Below, in pieces: positions 43,345 to 56,604 of a DNA stretch of 64,000 bases. The notes under the pieces are model-generated. The model was not told the DNA's origin. It did no database searches and saw only the letters and a program-made list of their open reading frames with translations. Both the position numbers and the translations under genes were made by a program. Source of the DNA: the human T2T-CHM13v2.0 reference genome, Homo sapiens; assembly GCF_009914755.1 (NCBI RefSeq), contig NC_060927.1. One strand, written 5' to 3'. How positions within the stretch are numbered: the stretch's first letter is position 1; each line of letters opens with the position of its first letter.

Positions 43345-43915
43345 ATATGATCTTGCCAAAACCTTTCAATGCCTAAGTCACTCAGAAAAAAAAAAAAATC
43401 CAAAATCTAAAAAAATCAAGATTTCTTACGTTGGTCTAAAAAATTGTAAATTATTTGTTATCTCCCTAACTTCACCTCCTACACTTCTCTTGCATGTTCT
43501 TCGTTTTTTTTTTCTTTATTTTCCTTCATGATGTTGGATCTCTTAGAGTTTCTTAAACTCACTAAACATACACTCAGCTTAGAGCCTTTGCCCTCCCTGA
43601 GACAGACTAAAACGCGCCTTCCAGAGCTATTTGGGCAACTCGCTCCCTTACTTCCTTCTGTTATCTATTCAAATGCTATTTTATCAGGGATGGCCTTTCT
43701 TGAGTACACTCTGTAAAATAGCCACTTCTTTCTACCTTGGTGCTCCCTAGACTTTATAGATACTATATAGTCCCTTTTAAAGTGTTTATTGCCTATTTCT
43801 CTCAACTAAACTTTGAGCTCCATAGGTCTTATTTGCTTTGTTCCCTACTCTTTTTCCAAGAAGGGAGAACAGCATGTATATGATGTTCAAAACATATTTA
43901 ATAAATAAAAGAATA
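43345..43915 (+). mobile_element. L2 3' end
   Basis: 'cttagagcctttgc', 'ttcaaatgcta...ggccttttc', 'tgagctccat' and a tail-like end. Confidence 0.65.
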
Positions 43916-45219
43916 GACATAAATAATAATATAGCAAAACAAAGGTAAAACATCTGAGTTTGTGTTCAATTTTGTCTTTTATTAGTGAAGACATTATTGT
44001 AAAGATATTACAGCTGGCCTAACAGGTGTCAACACAAATGTTTGAAGCTCACAGATAAAAGGTTTTGGGGTGGTATGTGTATGTCACAGGGGCAGGGGGT
44101 ATATTTATATTTCCTTTCCAGAGACCCAATGGCTCTGCAGTAGGCCCTAGAGGTTACACAGACATAAATCATGGACCTCACCGAAGGCAGCGTGTGTGAC
44201 CTGGGAAGCTTGAACTCCAGCTGGAGTTTGAAGAGGCCAACTGAATTACCACATGCTGATAAGCAGTAAGAGTTCAAAACTGATTTTGAGAATCTGCTAA
44301 TTTTAATTATATATTTTAATCCATTCCCCCTTTCTTTTTTGATTTCTCAATTTTGTTCCACACATATCATTTTTTTTCTTCTGAAAAGTGCCAGTTTTCC
44401 CAGTTCTACAATATCTCCACCATTGTTTCATTTTCTCCCAGCATGCCATTTGGTGAGGAAAGAGGCTTTAGCTTGCCTCACTGTTCCTGAAACTAGCTCT
44501 ATCCAACACCAACATGTAGGCACTACTCTCAAGAAGAAACAAATGGTCTGTCAGAAATTTCAAATCATTTTCAACAGGGAGCAAGCTTTTCTGTTGATAC
44601 CAGCTCTGTTCAGCATCTCACATATAAATTCACTCTAGATGTGTGTGCTCTAAACCTGGCAGGCAGAGTGATGGAGGAGGCTTGGAAGCAGAGGTGTTAG
44701 AGGCACCGTACTGACTGGCAATCGTGACAGGAATAATGCTCAGCTCATCTATAGCTTTTCTAACTGTAGGTACCATTAAGATGGTCTCATAATGCAAATG
44801 AAAAGGGAGGAAGAAAAGCATGTATTTTTTAAAAGACTAACATTATCATTTTGTAGGGGAACAAGAAATCATGTAACAGGGAATATAAAAAACAATCATT
44901 GTATTATGGTAGGGAAGTGGGGGTAAATATTTCTCAATTTTGAACTTTGTTTTAATATTAGAAAAATGTTTTAATAAGTGTTAAGATTTAAGCACGAATC
45001 AGCTCTAGTGCTGTGGATTTATTGACATTAAGTCTAGGGATTATATCTCAATTCTTAAAAAAAAAGTCTAATGATACTCATATTAGTTTTTCATATACAC
45101 CTAACAAATTGCTATACTTGAAAGTAGGGAAAAATTAGAGTTAGAGGTGTCTACCCACACCATACAAACCAAATGCTAAGGATAATTCCACCATAGCACA
45201 GAAACCCAAACAGGAGAGG

Positions 45220-45390
45220 AAGTAACATTTACTGGCACACTTTTCAGGTTATCTCCTTCACTTCACATCAATCCTGGGGGATTCTATGAGTTCATGTTAG
45301 AGAGGAACAAGTGGAGCTTTGAAATAATTAACTTGTTTAAGACCACAGAGCCAGATAATCTGATTCAATCTCATCCCTATCTGTGCTTCA
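45220..45390 (-). mobile_element. MIR SINE
   Basis: 'taacatttactggcac...agaggaacaagtggagct...aacttgtttaagaccacagagc'. Confidence 0.55.
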
Positions 45391-45607
45391 GATACGAGCA
45401 TGTGTAAATGAATATTCACTTGAACCTAAAAAATTAGTAAGTTTTATATTAACAAAGTAGTTTTGCATCCACACTTAAATGATTTAGAGCCCCTGGCAGC
45501 TGTGTTTTGGGGAGCTAATATTATTGTACTCTAATTGTGGTGAATCTTCATAAAGCAATACCAATATTATTGATAATTGTATATATATGTTTAGATATGT
45601 ATGTGTT

Positions 45608-46288
45608 TAATAGAAAGTCTCATAACCTACCTCCACTTCATTTTCTTGTTAGATTGACTGAAAGACACCCACAGTCTCTCTGTGGTATCTTCTTACTGAG
45701 AGCCACAGCATGTTAAACACTATGGCCAATATTCCAGTATGCCTGTACATATGTTCTCTAAGTTAAATGCATAAATAGCTTTTACTGAATCATTTGTGTT
45801 TGCTCCCAAAATTGCTTATATGCCAGGTTTATATGTTACTAAAAATAAATAATTTAATTGGATATTCTATAAATACTAAAATAGTAGAGAAAAATGTTGA
45901 GTTGATGAAAATTAAATCGAATGCTTTTAAAAGACTTAGAAAGGTTAAACTTTAAATTATTTCTGTGGAACTAGGTATTAGCCAAACAACTGAAAAGATG
46001 GAGGGGGTGGATCACAACATTTCAAACGATTCTGAAATCAGATTATTTTGCAATTAACTTTAAGATCTTGTTACACTTTAAAGAACACAAAACTGGAAAA
46101 TATAGAAGTATTGTAAGTGTGATTTACATAAAAAGGTAATTGTAATTTCAGTTGAAGAATCCATTTGTCCTACCACAACAATCAAGAAATTAATAAATAT
46201 TTACCTACTGAGTTTTTAAAAAATTATAGATAACTGTATTACTTGTGATTCCCTGCTTCAAAAAACTACCTCATCTTGATTGCCTCAC
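45608..46288 (+). mobile_element. TcMar-Tigger-derived element (MamRep137-like) with a transposase HTH remnant; terminus resumes at about 46997-47030
   Basis: 45880-46140 is degraded coding DNA resembling the CENP-B/Tigger N-terminal HTH (KLNAF..L.K...ELG...TT). Confidence 0.55.
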
Positions 46289-46996
46289 TGTATTAGTTTT
46301 CTATTAATAGCTTAAAATAACACAAATTTATTTTCCAGTTTCTTTGGTCAGAAGTCTGGACATGGTATGACTGGATTCTCTGCTTAGGGTCTCAGGGAGC
46401 TGAAATCAAAGAGTCATGTGGGGCTGCCATCTGGGGCTTAGAGTCCTCTTCCAAGCTCACTGGTTGTTGGCAGAGTTCATTTCCTCACAGTTGTAGTACT
46501 GAGGTCCCCATTTTCATGCTGGCTGTTAGGTGGGAACCACTCTCAGGTCAGAGACTTCCTTGCCATATAGACTCCAAAGGCTAGTCACAGCATGCACGTT
46601 TGCTTCTTTTTTCCCTGCCAGCCAGAGAGTGTCTCCTTGATGTTCTCTTTTGGAATCAGCTAGAGAAAATGTTCTGCTTTTAAAGGATTCATGTGATTAG
46701 GTACACACAGGTAATCTCCCTCTGTCTCTTTTTAAACAGCTTTATTGAGGTATAATTGATATACAAAGAACCGTACACATTTAATGTGTATATTTGATGA
46801 TTTTGAATATAAACAACCCCCCTTACCTTGATTATAGTGATGATAATCTCCTTCTTTTAAAGTAAAGTCTGTCATATTGTATAACCTAAACACCAGACTG
46901 AAATAAATTATATTCACAGTTCCTGAGATTATATAGGACGTGTACATCAGGGAATCTCAGACTCTTAGGGGGCATCTTAGAATTCTGCCTACCACA
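46289..46996 (-). mobile_element. MLT1E-like MaLR solo LTR
   Basis: tgtattagttttctatt...ggtcagaagtctg...tcttccaagctcactggttgttggcagag...gcatcttagaattctgcctaccaca. Confidence 0.85.
46724..46843 (-). mobile_element. Very short L1MB-type 3' end
   Basis: 'ctttattgaggtataattgatatacaaa', flanked by taatctccYtct at 46712-46723 and 46844-46855. Confidence 0.75.
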
Positions 46997-48789
46997 ATCA
47001 TATGAAAGGTTGATGCATGAGACTCCAGTATACCATAGTCCACATGACATCAGCAAAATTCAACTGGAACCAACCAGCTTCCTGTAATCTCTGGTTTTTG
47101 CTCTCGTCCTTTCTTTTGTCACTCTTCTGTCCCTTCCAAAGCAATTTAAATATTTACAGGATAATAACAGGCTCCTGATAATATTAGCAATGAGTGGTTG
47201 CTGTATTAAAATAAAAAGAAATTCTGATTTTAATTAACAAAAACACCTTGAGAAGAATTCTCAGTTGATTTCACTCAGACAGCCTCCTACTCTCTGACAC
47301 CCACATCATTTTTCTTTAAAACAAGACTTAGTTAAAAAAAGAAAATGCGTTTATTTGGGATATTATTAGTTGAGATTGGTGAGGGTAGATAAAATAGTGA
47401 TTCCTAAAATAATCATTTGTTCTCTTCAAAATGAAAATACTTCACAATCAAAAAATTCAAATAATAATAAACTAGAATAATAGAAAAAATTATCTGATGC
47501 AGGATCAGAGAATTGAAGAGAGGGCTCAGATCAACTGTGTTGATATAAAGGACACTGAAGAATCTAAATCTAATGTAATAAAAGGAGACATTGTGGGTGA
47601 CTATGGTGTTTTTAGCTATAGACACCATAGTGTTTTCTAGCTATACTAATCTGAGTTTCCCATTTTGACAGGCACCAAACAGCCTCCCATTTTTCATGAA
47701 CCTTAGTGCCAGGTAGAGATGCCTTTTGCCATCACTCACACTCTCCTTATAGTGTTTTGTCTTGGAATAAAAAAGGGAGCCTGATGAATATGACTAAGAA
47801 AAGAGTGATAAAACTCATTTTCAGTCCATAAATATACGTTTCTTTGACCTTCTCCATGACATTGAAGGAAGTCCTTCAGTTATTGAAGGTAAATAACAAC
47901 TGGAGAAAATGGTTTAGAGGAAATGTAAGCATCAAATGAAAGTTTTGACTAGATACTAGGGTTATTCCCTACCCTACCTATTATTATATGCACCTATGAA
48001 TAGAAAACATAATAAAATGTTTAGAAGATCCCAGGAGTCAAGCAAAGTGGATATGAACCACTCAGTAGTCAAGAGTTATCATATTATTTGGTCTGCTAAT
48101 CCCCCACCCAAAAGTCAGTGGGTCCTTCTTTAATTTACCTCATCTTACACACTAGACAGCCATTCTCTCATTCAAAACACAAATGTGATTATTTACTGTG
48201 ATTGAATGAGCCTCCAAATCACACATTTTTAAAATGCTTCAATAGAACTGTCTGAAATATTATTAGCCAAACTTACTTCAAAGAGTCCAGATTTAAATAA
48301 TGTTTGCAAAATTCAAGCTTTATTTTAAGAATACCATGAAGTTTCAGTCCATAGATGTGAAAAAAGTCTTTATTTTCAATATTCAATCTCTTATTGTCAT
48401 TCAATACTTGTTATTTTAATATAGAAGTAAATTATGAATTTCAGGGAGAACTGCCAATTCTCCTATACAGGAATAAACTGGACTAGAAATTCTGCATCAA
48501 ATTTTGCAATTTAACTGGAAAATATTTTGCAGTGAAATTATCCGGACACACCATAGAAACATGAAGAAATATCTAAAATCTCTCAGCAACCAGAGATCAA
48601 TTACACTTTAAGAATACTTTGAGTCATGAGCAGAACAAACAAGACATACAGCTAAATTTAAATTTACTGAATCAGACCTTGAAAAAATAGGCTCCTATTT
48701 TTCTCATCTCTTTTGTGTATACCCCTTTCTATAATATCTATATCAACATTTCACACTGTATATCTCAGTCTATTACCATGCGTTTGCCA

Positions 48790-49430
48790 AAAATTATTGA
48801 GAGTCCGGAATTCTCATACATTTCTGTGGGAGTGTAAAATGGTACAATCAATTTGGATAAAATGTTAGCAGTTTTGTAAAAAGTTAGACATATATTTACC
48901 CTATGAGTCATCAAATCCACTTCTAGGAATACATACGAAAGAAAGAAACACCTATGTCCACAGAAAGCTTGTACAAGAATACTCCTAACAAATTTATTCA
49001 CAGTAGTAAAAATGTAGAAATAATATTGTACCAGTCAAGAGAAAAAAAATTGATAAACAAACAAATATACAATGAAATACCACTGAAAAGTAGGATTAAA
49101 CTAGTGAAACATGCAGCAACATGACAATCTTAAAAACGGTATACCAAAAAAAACTAGACACAAAAGATCACATACGTATGATTTTGTTTATAAGAAAAAA
49201 GGCAAAAATAATCTACAATGGCAGAACACAGATTCACAGATGCATCAGAACTCACAAAGATTGACTGGGAAGGGACATGAGGGAAATTTTTCAGGGATAT
49301 AGTGTTCTACATCTAGATGGGGTGTATGGATCACCTAGGTGTTTGCATCTGTCAAAGCTAGACAAGCTGTAATCTTGAGATCAGTGCACTACAATATATA
49401 TAAATAATACTTTGATTTAAACAACAATTT
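48790..49430 (+). mobile_element. L1ME-type 3' end
   Basis: 'gtgggagtgtaaaatggtacaatc', 'ttgactgggaagggacatgagggaaattt'. Confidence 0.75.
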
Positions 49431-51140
49431 TATATAAGTCTAAAAAAACAGTTAAAGTAGATTTTCTATGATAGTACTAATGGTACTATATTTGGCATTA
49501 AATAGCACTAATGGATTAGTAGTACTAATAGACTACATTGTACTGATAGATACTGTTAATCTCCAAAGAAGCTGTAATAAGTAAACTTTATGGAATAGAA
49601 CATATTAAGGAACACCTTTAGAGATTAAGCTTCCTTAGAACACAACATAGGGGTAAGACACACAATGCTTACAAAAAAGTACATAGAAAAATCATATGTG
49701 TATGTGCATGTAAGATAATAGCAGAATGATAGAAGTAAGACCAAACTAAAAAGACATCTATTTCCATGGTATAATGACACATATCATATCTTTGGTACCA
49801 CCTGTTTATAAGGTCAGAAAGGAAATGAAAATTGTTACTGAGCCTGCAGAGATTAGAGGAGACAACTGGAAAGAATAACAAAGGGAGATACACAGGACAG
49901 TAAAAGCACAGGCAATTGACTTTAATTTAAAGAAGCAAGCCAGTTGTATGGGAAGAGTCAGGAATTTTATTTTTGGCTCTGTTTCAGACATAGTCAGGGG
50001 CCCCTGGGCAATTCACACATACAATTTATGACACTCTGGTTGGCTTAGTATATCTGACCCGAGAGTTTGTAATTATCTGTGACTGGTGACAGCTGTCGTT
50101 GGAGTACAGTGAGCAAGGTGATCCCTCTGTGCTCCATGCTTTGGGAGACACCAAAGCTACAACAGAAAATATGGTAGTGAAGGAAATGAAATATTATTAG
50201 CCAGAATTAATTGTAAACGGGTCACCTTGTGAATAATGTTTATAGGTGTAATCCTCACTGTAATAGTGCCCAGGTGTTTAAAAACTTTCAGAGAACCACA
50301 AAGTATTCTTCCAGGGCTGAAGGGAGGGAGTTGGGCCGGAGTGACTCAGGTAGAGACTCTGATGCTAAGAGATAATTTATATAACCACGATTACCAACAC
50401 TAGTGGATGAGGAGGCCTTTGAACCTTTCACCTCAAGCCTTTGTGCCAGATATTTACATTTTGCAGATACTCTTCTCTTTCAAGAAAAATGTTAATTTGT
50501 TCACCGTAAACAAATATTATGCATATAAACAAAGCCAGCAATGATTTATCATCTGTTCTCCTACATGAAACAAAATTCATTTTTTAAATGATGTCTTCTA
50601 CAGTGAAGTGTGGACATATCCAGGGCTTTATTGGTCTTGATAGTCATGTTTCCGATCTCATGTCCAGTAGCCACCAAAATAGAACCTCACACTTATTCAA
50701 TACAAACAAATTGCAGATAAAAAAAAACAGGATGAAGAAAGAATAAATAAATGCATGGGAAAAGAAGTAGCTGGATAAATGGATGGATGACGTAGTTCAA
50801 CATTATATGTCAACTGAGTAGAATAATATAAAATAAACCTAAAGATGAATGTCAGGGCTTTTGGCTTTCTTAAGATGGAATAGTCCCATTTCTTGCTAGT
50901 CTTCTCTTATACAACTAAAAATTCTGGGCATAATTACAATAAGAAAACACAGAAAGACTGAAAGGCCAAAAAGGAAGGTAGACTGGCTAGGAACCTCAGT
51001 ACTTGAAGAACAGCATGGAAATTAGTTCCTTGGGTTTTCTTTTTCCTTCCATATGTCTTAGTTGGAGCACTGGAGAAAACTGGAACCTAGAACTACTAAC
51101 AGACACAGACAATTTTAAAAGCCCCAATTAAAAGCCTATA

Positions 51141-53492
51141 TAGGCATACTTCATGTTTTTGTGTTTCCTATTATTGTGTTTCAGAGAAATTGCATTTTTT
51201 ACAAATTGAAGTTTTGTGGCAACCCTACTCTGAGCAAGTCTGTCGACGGCAAACTTCCAACAGCATGTGCTCACATTGTGTCTCTGGGTCACATTTTGGT
51301 GATTCTGACAATATTTCAAACTTTTTCATTATTATTATTTCTAGTATTAATATTATGATCTATAATCAGTTGTCTTTGCTGTTACTATTGTAACTGTTTT
51401 GGGGTGCCATGAACTGTGCCCACAGTGAACTTAATAGATGTTGTGTGACTGCTCCACTGACCAGCATTCACCCATCTCTTTCCCTCTCCTTTGCCTCTCT
51501 ATTCCCTGAGACACAACAATATTGAAATTAGACCAATTAATAACCCTACAATGGGCTCCAAGTGATTAAGTGAAAGAAAAAGTTACATATCTCTCACGTT
51601 AAGTCAAAACCTAGAAATATTTAAGCTTAGTGAGGAAGGCATGTTGAAAGCTGAGACAGGCCAAAATCTAGGCCTTGTGCCCGTTAGTCAAATCATGAAT
51701 GCCAAAAAAAAAAAAAAAGTTCTTGAAGAAAATTAAAAGTGCAACTCCAGTGAACACATGAATGACAACAAAGGGAACTAGCTGTATTGATGATATGGAC
51801 AGTCTTTGAGTGGTCTGAATAGAAGGTCAAACCCAGTAATAACATTCCCTTAAGCCAAAGCCTAATATAAACAAAGGCCCTAACTTTTAAAAAAAAATTC
51901 TGTGAAGGCTGACAGAAGTAAGGAAGCTTCAGAAAAATAATTTGAAGCTAGAAGACGTTGTTTCATGAGGATTAAACAAAGAGGCTGCCTTCATAGCAAA
52001 ATTGCAAGGTGAATTAATAAGTGTTCATGTAGAAGCTGAAGCAAGTGATCCATAAGATCTAGCTAAGATCATTGATGAAGGTGCCTGCACTACACAACAA
52101 ATTGCCAATGTAGATGAAACAGCCTTCTATTAGAATAAGATGCCATCTAGCACTTTCATAGCTAGAGAAAAGAAGTCAACACCTGGCTTCGAAGCTTCAA
52201 AGGGAAGGCTGACTCTTCTGTGGGGGCTAATGCAGCTAATGATTTTAAGCTAGAACCAATGCTTATTTACAATTCTAAAAATCCTTAAGAATTTTATACT
52301 ACACCTAGTCTGCCTATGTTCTATAAATGAAACAATAAAGCCTGGATGACAGCACATCTGTTTAGAATATGGTTTACTGAATACTTTAAGACCACTGTTC
52401 AGATCTACTGCTCAGAAAAAGAGATTCCTTTAAAAATATTACTGCTCATTGACAATGCACCTAGTCACCTTAGAGCAGGGATGGAGATTTACAAGGATAT
52501 TAATAATTTTTTTCTACATGCTAACACAACATCCATTCTGTAGCCCATGGATCAGGGAGGAATTTCAACTTTCAAGCCTTCTTATTTAAATAACACATTT
52601 AATAAGGCTATAGCGGCCATGGATAGTTATTCCTCTAATGGATTTGGGCAAAGCAAGTTGAAAACCTTCTGGATAGGATCCATGATTCAGGATTCAGGAC
52701 ATTCATGATTCATGGAAGGTTCAAATAAACAGGAGTTTGAAAGAAGTTTATTCAAATCCTCATAAATGACTTGAAGGAGTTAAAGGATTCAGGGACAAAA
52801 GGAAGTGCAGATATAATGGAACTAGCAAGATAACTAGAATTAGAAGCAGCCCCTGAAGCTGTAACTGAATTGCTGCAAACTCATAATAAAACTTGAACAG
52901 ATGAGGAGTTGCTTCTTATGGATGAGCAAAGAAAGTGCTTTTTTGAGATGGAATCTATTTCTGGTAAAAATGCTATGAACATTGTTGAAGTGACGACCAA
53001 GGGTTTAGAATATTACGTAAATTCAGTGGATAAAGCAGCAGCAGCAGGGTTTGAAGATCTACTATGGATAAAATGCTATCAACATCATTTACTACAGAAA
53101 AATCTTTCATTAAAGAAAGAGTCCATTGATGCAGCAAACTTTCTGTTGTCTCATTTTAAGAAATTGCCATAGTCATCTGAACCGTCAGGAACTGCCACCC
53201 TGATCAGTCAATAGCCAGAACATTGAGGCAACATCTTCTACCAGCAAAAAGATTATGAGTCACTGAAGGATCAGATAATTATTAGCATTTTTATCAATAA
53301 AGTGTTTTTTAATTTAGATATGTATATTTTTAGACACAGTGCTATGGTACACTTAATAGACTGTAGTATAGTATAAATATAACTTTTATGTGCACTGGAT
53401 AATTAAAAAGTTTGTGTGATTCACTTTATTGTGATAGTTACATTATTGCAATAGTCTGGGACCAAACCCACAGTATCTTCGAGGTATGCCTG
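51141..53492 (+). mobile_element. Tigger1 DNA transposon, near full-length, transposase pseudogene
   Basis: Termini (t)aggcatact... and ...gaggtatgcctg, with TA TSD at 51139-51140 and 53493-53494. DDE remnants 'NVDETAF' and '[10 protein letters not shown]' (ORF 52346-52543). Confidence 0.95.
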
Positions 53493-54334
53493 TACCCTCT
53501 AACAAAAGGACCAGAAAAAGGTTGTGTAGAGTATAAAAGACATTTTTAATAATACCCATCCTAATCCAGACAAGCATAAAAGGAAAAAATGCCTTTTTCC
53601 TGAAGAATCAGTGGGGTTGTTAAAGAGTTAAAGTTTTCATTCTGTCCAATGACAGAAGGTAGGTCATGTCAGTCTTCCACTTCCCTTTGCCTGACTTATG
53701 TCAATAGGAAAATAGAAAGTATAACTTTTATGTACACAGATAAACAATGAGGTGAAATTAGATGGTACAAATGTGATGTTAATTGGCATTCTGATTTCTT
53801 CACTGTTATAGTAATACTATCAATGGGGCCTACTGTGGTAAACTGAGCTTTTGCCCCAACCAGGGCTTTACTCTACACCTACATAGTGTGACTCCCTGGC
53901 AGAAAAAAAGGGATATTAAATAAGACCTAAGGTCTAACAACATACTTTCCACAATGCCAAGGAAAGAATTTTTAAAAACCTATCCTTTCTAAGAATAAGA
54001 AAAATCTGAACTTACATGACAAAAGGCAATAAACAGATACCAGCACCAAGATGATACAGGTTATGAAAATATCTGACAAAAATATTAAAGAAGCTATCAC
54101 TGATATTTTCAGTAAGCAATCTCAGAAACACTTGAAACAAATAAACAATAGAAAGTCTCAGCAAATAACAAAATATAAAGAAGCCAATGAAAATTTTAAA
54201 ATAAAATATAAATTAATCAAATAAAGTACTTGATGATGTGTTTTACAGCAGAATGGAGGGCACAAAAAAATAAATTTATAAACTCAAATATAGAATAGCA
54301 GACATTACCCAATCTAAACAATGGAAAAATAATA

Positions 54335-54403
54335 GAAGGAAGGAAGGAAGGAAGAGAGAGAGAGAGAGAAGAAAGAAGAAAAGAAACAAAGAAAGAAAGA
54401 AAG

Positions 54404-54462
<59 letters not shown>

Positions 54463-54546
54463 GAAAGAAAGAAAGAAAGGAAGGAAGGAAGGAAGGAAGG
54501 AAGGAAAGAAGGGAAGAAAGAAAGAAAGAAAGAGAAAGAGAGAGAA
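54335..54546. repeat. Compound (GGAA)n/(GA)n/(GAAA)n polypurine microsatellite
   Basis: Directly visible. Confidence 0.97.
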
Positions 54547-56604
54547 CAAGGCTTCTGAGATCTGAAGACCTAAAACAAAAGATCTTACTTTCATGTCATC
54601 AGAGCCATAAAAAAGAAAAAAGAAATGTGGTGGGTCTTAAAAAGCATTAAAAAAAACCCAAAAACCTATGACTGAGGAATTCAAACTTTAGCAAAAAGAC
54701 ATAAACTTACAGATCCAAAAAGCTGAGAAAAATTCCACACAGAATAAACCCAAAGAAATCGATGCCAACACTCAACATAGTGAAACTTTTGAAAATTAAA
54801 AACAAAAATATCTTTAAAGCAGCCATAAAGAAATGTTTCTTTATCTATAGAGGAACAACACTGTGAATGAGAGCAAATTTGTCATCAGAAACCATGGAGG
54901 TCAAAAGGAAATGGCATATTTTTCACTGCTGACAAAACAACAACAAACAAGCAACAAAAAACCATGTCAACTTGGAATTCTATATCCAGCAAAAATATCC
55001 TTCAGAAACAAAGGTTAAATGAAGACACTCTCAGATGAAAAAAATCTAAGAGAATTTGATATCAACAGGCCTTCCTAAAATAATGTCTGAAGCAAGTTTT
55101 TTCAAACAGAAATAAAATAATAAAGAAAGGAAACTTGGAACATCAAGAATGAATAGAGAAAAATGGAAAAAGTAGAAATATGGGTAAATATAGTATACTA
55201 TCTTTCTCATCTTGGGTCTTCTAAATTATGTCAGGTGGGTGAAACAAAAATCATACCATTGTCTGATATGATTTCTAATATATACAGACAAAACATTAAA
55301 GACATTTGTAATAAAAGGGGAGAGGGTAAAGGAATGAAAAATGTGATTAAGATTTTATACTTTTTGTCATTGGCTAATACAGAAATTAAAATTTAAGCCA
55401 TGTTAAAACATTACTCTTCATGTATTAGAAGAGCACAATTAAAAAGACTGACAATACCAAAAGTTGGTGAGAATGCAGAGAAACTGGATCTCACATACAT
55501 TGTTGGTGTGAATGTAAATGATATGCCTATTCTGGGAGATAGTTTGGCAGTTTTTTAAAGACTAAAATATAATATGACTCAGAAATTACACTCCTGGAAA
55601 TATGTCCCAGAGAAATAAAATATTACATTACACAAAACATTGACGCAGAATTATAGGCTCTAACAGTCTGATCCCGATGACTAAACAGTTAGATACATAA
55701 TGCATCCTTCTTCAGGCTGGAGATCAGGAGTCTCTTCTTTACAAAGCATAACTCTAAAAGGGCTTGGAATGGGGAATTCTAGGCATAGTGAAGAGCTGGG
55801 GTGAAGTATTGGAAGACAACAGAAATTAGTTAAAAGTCTACATATTAAACTGTGTGATTCTCAAACTCCTTTCCCTACTAGAAGAAGATTGTAACACATA
55901 CATCACCCTACCACCCCACATTCTGGCCACTTCACATCACAGGTGAGGATTAGAAGGCTCATCTTTGGAAAAACTAATTAATCCTAAAGAAAAAAATTAT
56001 CTAGAGTTTCTGCATATTGACATAAGAAACATGTATTTCTCCTCCTCTAGATGTTGGTAATACCTAGTGCTGTTAGAATCTACTGTGACCATAATGGAAT
56101 ATACCAAAATTTGCAAGTTTCAAGACTGCCAAAACTCTGGGTCTATAATGAGTTTCTGAGCAATTGGATTAACCAGACATGAAGTCAAACTACTTCAGGA
56201 CTTCTTGTTACTAGACATTTTATATAGTATTTTAAATTCTATATTTCCTAGGATGCTTTAGGTTTCAAAAAAACAGAAAACTTAATTCAAAAGAAAGAAA
56301 GAAATAATAAAATATAATAGCACAAGCAAAGGCAAGATAAGACATCCATGAAGAAGCACTGAAAGTTGATTTGATTAGTCCAGAAAGAAACATAAAATTC
56401 CATGAAAGAAGAAATGAAATTCACGTAACAAGAGATTCAACATGGGCAATTAGCAAAGGGAAGTCCAAGAATAGCACAAAGTCCTTAATGGCAGCGGTCC
56501 TAAAAGGCAAGAGTCCCACTGAATAAGACAGACAGAAAAGACTAGGGGCAGCAAATGATAAACACTACTGATAGGCATTATGTGGAAACATTGAAGTGTT
56601 TAGG

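Larger units (their letters stand above)
50850..55650 (+). mobile_element. Old L1M (MC/MD-type) 5'UTR-ORF1 plus a 3' fragment, interrupted by Tigger1 and a microsatellite
   Basis: ORF1 remnant at 54550-55100 ('tcatcagaaaccatggagg', 'gaattctatatccagcaaaaatatccttca'); ORF2 end at 55390-55650. Confidence 0.7.

Noticed and set aside
44785-44800. Ig-promoter-like heptamer/octamer (ctcataatgcaaat)
   Set aside because: The heptamer is imperfect, no V gene follows, and isolated octamers are expected by chance in AT-rich DNA.
54217-54594. 125-aa F/L/S-rich ORF
   Set aside because: Translation of the GAAA/GGAA microsatellite.
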